Of a stretch of 64,000 nt of DNA, positions 53,380 to 64,000 are shown in pieces. Within the stretch, counting starts at the first letter, position 1, and every line of letters begins with the position of its first letter. The DNA comes from Rotaria socialis. Taxonomy: Eukaryota. A program made the position numbers and the translations under genes. The stretch spans positions 1 to 64,000 of the forward strand of contig CAJNYD010000077.1 in the NCBI GenBank assembly GCA_905331295.1, read 5' to 3'. The notes under the pieces are model-generated. The model did no database searches and was not told the origin of the DNA. It saw nothing but the letters and a program-made list of their open reading frames with translations.

Positions 53380-56300
53380 AATGGATCGACAAATATTAAA
53401 AAATAAATAGACCATTCCGAAATTTAACAAATAATAAGTATAAATAAAATTCATTCGATCGTCGTGCTTTCATTTTTAATTATATGTGCAATTCAGATTG
53501 TTTTATCTCAATATTTTTGCATTTTTATTGTTTTGCTCTATTTATTTCATATTAAACAACTTTTCGTTTAAAATCACAACAAATTTATCTCGTTAGCAAT
53601 AAAAAAAACAACTATCTCTAGTTCTTTATTTATTGCAAAGCTCATTCCGATTGATTTCGATTAATGATGATGAAAAAACATATATTCAATGTTTTCATAC
53701 TAATTAGTGCGATTAAGTATATTTCAGCTTTTGATAGAAAACAACGTGTTCAATATCGACCACAAACCATTTTTTGCTTCCTGAAATACTATAAATAAAA
53801 CATTTCCTTCGTCTATAAATGTTATCAAATCTATGAGTAAAGATTTTTTTCTACCTCTTCAAAATCCTCAATGAAAATCGATTAAAGGAAATTCTTGTGA
53901 TTCTCATTTGACACATTTTCTAGAATTTTTCAATAAAAAACAAATATTGAAATCAATCATTAAGCATTATCATCTAACATGAGCGCATACCCCTCACTTG
54001 TTTTAGGCACAAAATTACATGACATCATTTAAGCATATCTATTAGAATTAGCCCATGCTCAACAAATTACTAATCATCAAATTAATTATGATAAGCAAAA
54101 ATATTCCAAATCAACCAATTAGTATCATACTATAATGAAACTAATGCTTTTGTAAACATAAAATAACTCTTGAGTATCGAATAATATATTTGTCAATTTT
54201 AATTTAATGAAAAACACATTCTGTCAATGATGACTCTATCACTGCATCGTCCGATATATTTTCTATGATTTAATGGAACTCACAGAAAGTATATCATAAT
54301 TATTGAAGGTGATAATGAACTCCTTGTCAATCGTTTATGAATAAACGATATAATCAGTTCAGTTGAATTTCTTATCAAAGTACAATAGTCTCTGTTAGTT
54401 AACTATAGGAACCGTTTTTACGGTTATGGAAAATATTTAATGAAAAGTAACTGTCGGTAATAACGCGCGTTATTGAATCGAATCTGATAATACAGCGCAT
54501 GTTGCCAGAAGATATGATGTTTAACATGTATTTTCTGATATTATTAGTGAGTGCAATTCATTTAATTAGTTCGTAACAAGAATCTCTTGTCAAGTCACAA
54601 TTAAATTATGATTAAATGCAGAACAAGGAAATATAGCTATTATCGATCAAGTGAATAATGCACCTTCCAATTTAGAATGTATGATTTCACGGACGCATCT
54701 TTCGAATATTTACGAATCATTCTATTATGATGTTTTTAATCTTGGAATCATAAGTAATTCTGCCAATTGCTGCTAATGAAACCAACGTTTATATCGAAGA
54801 TCAAAATTGAAATGGTAGTTTATGATCAACTAATTCTACAACTATCAGATACAAATGAAGATAAAACTAATAACGAGCTATTCGGATGAAGCATTTGCAG
54901 AAGATATTACATCAATCGTTTATTCAAATCAATAATTTTGGTTTATTCCCAAAAATAAATCATATTCAATATGCTATCTATTATAACAGTAAAAATCAAG
55001 TGCACTCGATACATCATAGAAATGCGTCTCAATCACGGTTCAATTTAGCAGGATAGTAGGTTAATATGATTTTAAAAATTTAATCTTGAGCATTGAAAAC
55101 AGATTTTTATTTCTGCTAATAGATTCTAGTATCAAAATCGTATATCAATGAATCAGTAATAGTTAGAAATGTTCCGATATCTAACAATTCTATCGTTCTA
55201 TACGCATAACATAGTAGTAACGTTTTCTGTGCTTCTTTTTCATGCCGAATACCTATAGTTTTTTAGTAGGAAAGAGCAAAATTGAATCCATTAGCAAAGA
55301 AGTATTAGTATTTCTAGAAATAAAGTAAAGGAAGGTGCATTAACTGATACAGACAAAGGTTTAGGCGCGCCAAGATAGTCAAATGAAATATTCTCGATGG
55401 AAAATTTTTACTTCAATTAAGGACGCATATTTTCCTTGCCTCACTCATAAAACTTTCCTTTTGAGTTAGCACTAGATGTCTAAATAAATTCAACGAAGCA
55501 CTTTAAATATTTTGAAACTTCTTTTTATTGGTTATGAACTCTATTAATAATGGTTCCACGACGAATATGAAAGAATCCCTATCATTTGTAAGCAACCGAA
55601 TATTATTCAGCGAAATTATTGTTCAAGTCAGAGATGAGAAAGAAACTTTAAAAAAATCTCAATCAGAACTAATTAGATTGGCGTTTCTTTTATTGACTAG
55701 GCCACAGCCTTAAAATATTGCTTCATATCACTCTTCTACTTTAATTTCCGACTAACAGGTATATGTTAGATTAATTATTACAATAGATTAAATGTATTCT
55801 TTGCAATAAGATCAAGGGAAATGTTCTCCAAAAAAAAAGAGACCAGTCCGAAAACATTCATCATTTCGAAACAAAAACAAAAAAGACAACGTTAATTTGC
55901 CGATTGATTCAATTTAAAATTCATCTCTCAATATCTGTGCGTTTCTTTATCCGTTCTTCTGGTCACCAGTAGTAGAGTTTAATGCTTGTTTCCAACCATG
56001 TTCATGTATTAAAAATTTGAACTTTCCTTTTAACTCTTGAACAGTCTGATATAAGAAACTAACAACTATTTTAGCTGAATTATTTTTGTGTAGTTCCATC
56101 ATTTACATTTACATTTTTAGTCAACAGTTTACAAAATACATTTCGTTCCATTTCATTTAAATTCCAAACGCAAAAGTGTTGACGCTATTAATATAGTTTA
56201 GCTTCAAAGTTCTGTCATGCATACGTACGAATTTTTCATATCTTAAATGTCAAAGTAACCTTCAGTTACTAATGATAATTCCAAATTGCAATCATTAACC

Positions 56301-57175
56301 TTTTCTTTGAACTAATCTTTGGGAATAGAACCCGATAGAAAAGATACTAAAACTACTGATTTAGTTTAACACATTGATTAATGATCTCCTTCATTTTTTC
56401 TTATAATTAATATAACTAACTATTTGAATTATCTAGTACCAGATAACTTCGCAATTTAAAATAATTAGAAAATTGATCATGAACAAGCATTAAATGATTA
56501 AAATAAATTATTGATTTGTTAACTTCATCTATCAAACTTTCATTTTGAATCAATGTCAAATAAAAATATTCTTGTCATAAAAAGAAAACAAGGTAAATTC
56601 TCATTGATTATGTCACGCAACGCAAAATATTTTCTCAATGATTGAAAAAAGTAAACTAGCAAGATTTTTCATTGTTTTAAATATCCAAGTTTTTTCTAAT
56701 CACCAAAACTATCTCGTTTCTCTATTTATCCAATCATCTGCTAAGCACATGTAATAATCTTGATATCCAAAAAATATCTTATAGACTGATGGCATAGAGA
56801 ATTAAGATCAAAAGATAAAGTGTTGTATCAACAAATAAACTCGAATACATATACAGACTTCTAAGATCAACAAAAAAAGAAAAAAGAAAAAGAAAAGAAA
56901 AGAATGAATGAATGGCTTGGTTTTCTGATCATAAATATGATGACAGACATACTATCAACGCTAGTTGTGTCAATCATTGTTGTATGTCTATACAAATGTC
57001 AAAGTGTGTGAATGACTGCACAATAAGACACGCGTTAATTTCTGTAATTAGTGATGAAATACACAGACATCAGGCGAAAGGTATCATTCCATCTGTTATT
57101 TAATCTACATAGTAAAAATCACATGATGGATATGACCTTGCTTCAAGATAAAGAGAGAGAAAAGCGAGATGAAGA

Positions 57176-57530
57176 TTAATTATTGTTGTTTGTATTATTG
57201 TTTGTACGTCGTGTTGTTCCTGTCATCGGTGACAAAGACAAGTGAGGATAAAAGAATGGTAACTGATCATTGTTGTTTAGCATCAATGGAGGCTTTAAAT
57301 AAGGATGAAAACGATGATGATTATGATGTTGATACATTGAAGTTGCTTTTCCTGTTGATGTATGACTATGTCGTAAATGTTCAATGAGTTCATCAGCTGA
57401 TGAAAATCTAGCATTACATGAAAACCAATGGCACAAATATGGTTGAGTATGAACTGAAGCAGCAAGAATATGTCGAACTGTTTCACATTGTAAACAACCA
57501 GGAAGTGTGCATGGTGTTGAAAATGAATGA

Positions 57531-57582
<52 letters not shown>

Positions 57583-58197
57583 CTTGCTGCTGTTGCTGCT
57601 GTTGTTGCTGAGCAGCTAGATAAGCTAGAGACGAACGAAGTAGAAGTGCAGCAGTAGTTGTTGTTGGATCAAATAGTGGTGGTAAATGAGCTGATAATGG
57701 ATTTGATTCGACGAAAGACGATGATGGTACAATGGTACTGGGTTTCACTGGAGGAGTTGACTTTTTATTAGCAAGTGTACTATTTGGCTGTGATGGTGAT
57801 GAGCGTTTAGATGATAACAACAATTTATCAGTATTAACTGCTGATGAAAGAGTGGATGAAGATTTATTTACGAGAGATGTGATAATAGGCGGAGCTGTAT
57901 TAGGTAGCAATGATGTATTCAAAGACAAATATGAAGATGATGATGATGACGACGGTGGTGATGGAGAATCTTTACCAATGCTTGAACATGTTTGAGCAAG
58001 TAGAGCCAATGGGCTTTGACTTGAATCATACTATAATTTGAAATTAAAGATAATCATTTTTTTAATTTATTCATTTCAATGTTAAAAACTATTAAGTTAA
58101 CACATACGGAAGTGGATGAAGAAGAAAAAGATGTGCTATTAAGTGGTTGTAAATAGTCCGGTTTTATATAAGCATTAGTAGCTGTTGTGGAAGACAT
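57176..58197 (-). CDS. NET family zinc finger (Elbow/Noc, ZNF503/ZNF703-like); exons 58197-58108, 58030-57176
   Basis: PDYLQPL, Sp motif SPLALLAQTCSSIG, CTLPGCLQC, single C2H2 finger CHWFSCNARFSSADELIEHLRHSH, RFHPY. Confidence 0.9.
57532..57609 (-). repeat. (CAA/CAG)n polyglutamine tract in the NET gene
   Basis: Long (tgt/tgc)n run on the plus strand. Confidence 0.95.
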
Positions 58198-58216
58198 ATT
58201 CGTTTTTATTGTTAAT

Positions 58217-58218
<2 letters not shown>

Positions 58219-58260
<42 letters not shown>
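58219..58260. repeat. (TAA)n microsatellite just 5' of the NET gene start codon
   Basis: Uninterrupted taataataa run. Confidence 0.95.
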
Positions 58261-58263
<3 letters not shown>

Positions 58264-60809
58264 TGATGATCGCTTGTTGTTATTATTTGTAATCTTTATC
58301 TAAAAAGTCAATGAATAAATGGATGAAAGCTTTTCCTAACTTCTTCTCATATCATTCTCTCTTTCTTTTTCTCTGTTTTTTTTCTCTTTCTTATGCTCTC
58401 ATTTTTCTCTATCCAACTGTCAAGCGTACGAATAAGAGAAGAGATTTATGTGTGTGATAAATGATGATCATGCTCGAGACCTCCAAGCGAGTATGCATAC
58501 ACCGCTGCTTGACACATGCCAATTATAGAGCAAGTAAGAAGAGAAAAGAAAAAGATGAGTGATGACAAGAACGAAGAGAGATTCCATCTATTCTCTCTCT
58601 GTCTCTCTTCTCTGATGATAATGCAGTTTGCCGCATTCTCTCTACATACAATTTTTTATGTTTCCTTCACACAATCATAGAACTATGAGCATCGATCAAC
58701 TGTCAATCGGTTCAAATAGATAAATGTACATAAACGAAGAATGATAAACGAAGGCGCTCTCACATATCTACACGCGATTGATGTCAATGTTTTCTTCTTT
58801 TTTTTTACAAATAAAGTTCATTAAATGTCAAACATAAATGAATTGAAAGAGATATGCAATTTGATTAATAGATCATTTTTTAAAATAAACATTAATCATT
58901 GATCACATATGTTTTTTGTATTGAAAAGTGACAGGAGGTGGTCATGAAACGAGATAAAATGCTTTAGAAAATTATCTTTTCAATCGATCTCATGATTAAA
59001 TATATTAAATAAAAAGAAAAATAGTATTTATGATAAATATTTTCGAGAAAAAAATTTAAGTAATTTCAATAACATAAATCATCAAAAATGAATGTTATCT
59101 TTTGATAATGAAATAAAAGTTAGATTCTGATATTTTTCAATGAATATTTATAATAATAATCATTTTAATATTACCTACCATATTTTTTTTCGTATATAAA
59201 TCTTTTGATAAAACGTATATTTTCATTTCATAAAAAAAAACGGTTATTTTTAGTTTTTTATCTAATAGTAATGATATTGTCCATATTATTGGAACAAACC
59301 TTTCGAAGTAATTTGGCCCATTTTAATGATGAATGTCGACAATTGTGACAGAAAAAACGAACTTTCCTGTCGATTTGTCATCACAACTGGCTGACCGACT
59401 GATAATGATGATCAGTCGACTAGCTGATGACATAAAACATGCACATAAAGATACATTTATGTCTGTATATCGATCGTCTCGACATGCGCATGATCATCAT
59501 CATCATCATCGGTCGCTCATTTGTCACTCACCCACACGAATAATGATCTTGATCGATCGCATAGCATAGGAGACTCCACATCATGCTAGTACAAACGAGC
59601 CGAGCTCTCATCATTTATCATCAATCGTTCTGTGTATGTCGTAATAACAATATTCTGACAAGCAGAAAGCAGTCAGGCAGCATGAGAATGATTTATCGAC
59701 GAACGATGGCGATGATGATGATGCGAAACATGACCTATCTCGACAAGCGCGAGAAGACAAGCAAACGAAAAGAACAAAAGAGATGTAAATGAGATAATGA
59801 TAAATGAAGGAATCGAATGTGTATGTGCTGATACATATTATATCTATCTTCAAATGTAGAAAACAACAAACGATCCAATAAAAACAAAACAAAACGTATC
59901 ACAAGAAACATGATCGAAAGAAAAAAATAAAGTATGATAGCAACAAAAATAGTATTTGATTTTTCTGAACTTATTATCAAATACTAATCATAACTGTCAA
60001 TATTATCGTGATTTTATGTGTATAGAAATAAAGTTTCTTTCGAATTAAACAGATGACTAAGATTTAATTCACATAGTCGATATCTGACGAAAGTCATTTT
60101 GATAGATATCTTTTTTTTCTTTTTTTCTTCTTTTTGTGTAGTCATTTGACACTTCATTTCACTCATATTTCTTTTCCGCTATATTTTATGACAAGCAAGT
60201 ATATACATTGACGTTGACGACAATGTTCGATATCTATCTTGCTAAATGATTGTTGTCACTCCATCTGTGTATTTGTTCTTTCTGATGACATCGACATGCT
60301 CTCGTTCTAATTGATGCTGACAAATACATTAGGATACAGGCCAGCAACCTCAATTAGAATGTAGGCTCGTATGCATGCATACATTGCTGTCCAAACCGAT
60401 TACACGCATGTAAGATACGATGTGATTCAATTCGCACAAGTCATCTCATCAATGCGATCTAAATATGAAGTGACTTTTTGTCCTTGTCTGTTTTGTATAT
60501 GATGATGATTACATTCGACACTTATGTATATATAGTGAACATATTTTATGGCTGATTCCTTCTGCTCTCTTGTCAGCTTTGCTCATTCTAAACATCATAT
60601 CAACACGACAAGCTTCATCTCATTTGTCGTGCTATACACACCCACACATCAATTAGTATAGATATATGTATACGTCGACAACAATTCAAAGAACAAACGC
60701 TTAACCGCCTCTGCTTTTTCTTTTTCATGTGTCGTTTTAAATGATGAGAGGAGATACACTTATATTCACTTCAATTAAAACAAAATAAAACAAATTTTCC
60801 AGGAAGAAA

Positions 60810-61518
60810 TGTGTTTTGAGCACCGAAAAAAAAGTGAAATGAGCACCAAATTGATTATATGTGTTTTGAGCACCAAAAAAGAGTGAAATGAGCACCAACT
60901 GAACTGAGCAGTACAAAATATATCAATTAAGCTTTAAACGAATTAAAATTGTAGTTAATAGGTATTTTTCTATTAAATTATGATTAGCTCTACTTATATT
61001 GATTAATCCAATGACATTCATAAATAATCTAATTAATTGTAATAATGATTTGTATATACAAGAAGTGTAAAAGAAATAAAAGTTATCTATAGAAAAAAAT
61101 ATTTCAAGTAAAGAATATCAAATTTTTTAAATCGTCAAAACACTAGACGACGCTTATATTGGGGCGTGGGTGTGAGGGTGTGGGTCTGGGTGTTCTGCTT
61201 GAACTTCAGTTCCACGCAGACTCACACTCACACCCTCAATTGAATTAACTATGCTGCTCAATAAATACGAAGTTAACGGTAAAACTCACTTGCAATTGTT
61301 GGGTAAACGATGTGGCAACGGTAGATCGAAAAGAGTTCGAACTAATTTGTTATCATAAACTTTTTTTTTGTAATAATCATCTTTCCATAATATTTATTTA
61401 TTTATTACTATTTTGGTGTTGTTCATATTGTTTTGTCAGATGACATTATTTATTTTCTTATTCCACATAGATAAATTTGGTGCTCATTTCACCTTTCCTT
61501 CGGTGCTCAAAACGCTCC
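60810..61518. mobile_element. Non-autonomous TIR element with duplicated left end
   Basis: gttttgagcacc...gtgaaatgagcacca occurs twice in tandem (~60810, ~60860) and once inverted (61474-61512). No TSD identified. Confidence 0.65.
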
Positions 61519-61589
61519 CCACCCGTTTTTTCAAGTATTTAGAGCATTATATTTTTGCCACTGAAAGTGCTCTATGAAATTCTACTACA

Positions 61590-61875
61590 CCCAGGACGAG
61601 CTTTACGACGTCCGTATACGGTGAAATACGGGCCCTATACGGCCATTTTCTGCCGTATACGACGGTAAATCGCCGTATTTGGCCGTATTACATGGCTCCG
61701 TATTACGATCGTAAATCTCCGTGTCGTAATACGGTGAAATACGATCAAAAACGACCGTAAAGCGCCGTATTTCGCCGTATCCGGCACGGAGATTTACGAT
61801 CGTAATACGGAGCCATGTAATACGGCCAAATACGGCGATTTACCGTCGTATACGACCGTGTATGTTCGACCTGGG
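61590..61875. mobile_element. CpG-rich fold-back MITE with CCCAG termini
   Basis: cccagg...cctggg ends, tacg/cgta subrepeats, and a perfect 70-bp inverted repeat (61654-61723 / 61785-61854). Confidence 0.85.
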
Positions 61876-62605
61876 TATGCAGTCAAAATATCAGCTTTCT
61901 AGCACGATTTCTTCATGGAATATCTATATTCATATAGTATTTGCAAAAATGATCATTTTGCTGTGCATCTCTTCGTATTGAGGAAGTTATATTTTTCGAC
62001 TATTATATGAAGTTAAGGCATGTAAACACTGAGCGGCTCAAGGAAAACCGATCTGTTTTCGCTGGAATATGTCTATAATAAAAGACTAAATAAATGTACT
62101 CTCTCGTGGGTAGCGTTCTCAGCAATATTTACGTACTTTGGGAACTGAGCAGTATGTTTGTCAACAATTTACGTCAAAAGTCTTAAAACTTTTATTTCCA
62201 CTACATATTTCAACATCAGAAAACTGTAACAACTTTGATTGAAGACAAGTCCAGTGATGTTGCATGAATATTGACTTATACAACGTTATAAATGAACTTC
62301 TAACTGTGATACTCAGTAGTTTTGACATCGCCGTTTTTTATCCAAGAAAGCAAAATCGGATTCATGAATACGCCATTTCACTTTCTGATCCTGTCGACTT
62401 TCATGATATTCTCGTATCCGGGATACGGTGGTAATCCATACGATCCCAAAATCCGCGATCCGGCTTTTCCCCCTTGATATAACCTGACTTTTGTCCCAAA
62501 CAACTGTATATTTGAAATCAGCGCAAAAGACTGGGTCGATCCATATACTTTGCAAAGTCTCCTGATAACTTTTATTTTTGTCAAAAAATTCGACTGGGGT
62601 CCACC

Positions 62606-62696
62606 CAAGGGGGAAACAGCTGATTTTTTTGATTAAAATCAAAGATGAAAATCAGAAAAATCAAAAAAAAATCTGATTTTAGCTGTTTCACCCTTG
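62606..62696. mobile_element. Small MITE-like inverted repeat
   Basis: caagggggaaacagct versus agctgtttcacccttg (15/16), with internal tgatttt/aaaatca repeats. Confidence 0.55.
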
Positions 62697-63063
62697 CATA
62701 AAACCATAAGTCAAAAACAAAACAAAGAAAAGAAATCATCTAATAGTTAATCCAACAAGATGAGGGTCTGAATGTAGCGTGAACCTAAGTGAATGGCTTT
62801 TGGTTCTAACTGCTTAACATCCGCAACTACACTAGATGATCATTCTGCTATGATTTAGTATCAGGTGATATTTTGTTTATTTATTTTTCACTTATGGTTT
62901 TATATGTAATTGTAACATTTTTTTTACATTGGTCAACATCGCTATTAGGCTTGTCCATTCAAGTACTGAATGTTTTTGATAAAGATCTCCAAAGATTATT
63001 TGAACAGTAATACTTTTCAATCATTACTCTCTTCCAACCAAACACTTTAATTATTGTTGTAAA

Positions 63064-64000
63064 CAGTGTTTCTAACAGCGGGTGTCCGCCTTTGTGACAA
63101 AGTGTCCAAGACCCTTGCGATTTTCGATTGACACTATTTTACACTTTGCTCATCAAGACAAAGTGTCAATTTGACACTTATTGAAAATTGTTTACACTTT
63201 TCTTTTCATTGTATGTAAACTTCGAACTGTTTCAGTTTTTTGTTTAGTTCAGATATACTTCATCCTGACATCTTCAAACTAAATGTATAATTCGTTAACG
63301 CATATCTGAATTTATCATTGATAAATTATCAATTGTTGTTATTGTTCTTGTCGTATTATCTTTGCTATGGTTTTTCGACAATGTATGCGCATTACCTTCT
63401 CGTAATCATTGATTTTAAAAAATAGAATTCACAAGTAAAATATTATGTTTTTTATCTGTCGTAAAACTTGTTATCACTCTTTTTTTTTGATAAGATGAAC
63501 AAAAAACAAAACGAATAGAATTAATTCAGTTTTGGAATAAAAGTCGAAAATCATAAACGAACGTTTTATTATCACATGAGAATCAACAACAAATTTATTC
63601 TGTATCATCGTGTACATCGGAACCTATCCCATCATGTATACTTGATGAACCAGAGAATGATATTGTAATTATTTCAAGCGAATCTTCATTTTTACCATCA
63701 AATATTCCTGATAATCAACACGTGTCTTCTTCGATTGAACATGAAAATTCTAATAAATCACAGTTAAACAAAAAATGAAGTCCTATAATTCGTCGTAATT
63801 ATCTTCCTGCTTGGGAAAACAACCCGATACTATGTAGCTATAGAACTTATGTATTCGACCAATTGGGCGAACAACGTGAAAAACTTTCATCGGGGCTGTA
63901 TTTCAAGGACAATGGAATGCGGTGTCTTCTATCTGAAAAACACGGTAAGAGAAGAAATACAAACGGTAGGTTAAATATTTCATAGCAGTTTTTGGTTTGT
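63064..64000 (+). mobile_element. 5' part of a decayed hAT-like transposon, running off the window
   Basis: CAGTGTTTCT terminus and gacac/gtgtc subterminal repeats. A broken ORF from 63495 contains RRNYLPAWE...LYFKDNGMRCLLSEKHG, resembling the TTF-type zinc finger of hAT transposases, with a frameshift and stops. Confidence 0.6.

Noticed and set aside
54560..54920. Short protein-like frames
   Set aside because: Interrupted, with no identifiable domain or consistent splice model.
57418..57995. Plus-strand poly-Val and poly-Asp ORFs
   Set aside because: They are antisense shadows of the polyQ and poly-Ser codons of the NET gene.
58054..58263. Poly-Leu N-terminal extension resembling a signal peptide
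   Set aside because: It is a translation of the (TAA)n microsatellite from a TTG. The real start is probably the ATG at 58197.
59333..59980. Several short ORFs upstream of the NET gene
   Set aside because: Low-complexity sequence on both strands with no domains; more likely non-coding.
62313..62642. Overlapping minus-strand ORFs of 109 and 76 aa
   Set aside because: Non-ATG starts, overlap with repeat-derived DNA, and no recognisable motif.

Overview
AT-rich eukaryotic genomic DNA with short (mostly 50-70 nt) GT-AG introns. The gene content, including a relic of an LDLa-repeat GPCR family I associate with bdelloids, suggests a bdelloid rotifer (inference). Apparently intact genes: a 3-exon secreted 8-Cys protein, TMX2, a DnaJA/Hsp40, a catalytically dead M28B (GCPII/transferrin-receptor-like) membrane protein, an unknown coiled-coil protein, a 4-TM MS4A-like protein, Vps55/LEPROT, PPM1D/Wip1, CSE1L, a neuronal calcium sensor, and a NET-family (Elbow/Noc, ZNF503/703) zinc finger. 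Intergenic DNA holds non-autonomous DNA transposons (hAT, Kolobok-like, Ginger-like, other TIR elements) and decayed genes. Highlights: (1) the Vps55 gene stays in frame only through a 1-nucleotide exon followed by a GC-AG intron; (2) the dead M28B protein carries a 46-aa loop with 12 His; (3) CSE1L and the calcium sensor are 148 bp apart in an operon-like layout; (4) a GPCR pseudogene has been collapsed by an internal deletion. All gene models were built by hand, with no RNA or database support. Two Ns (2449, 7954) mark probable assembly joins.
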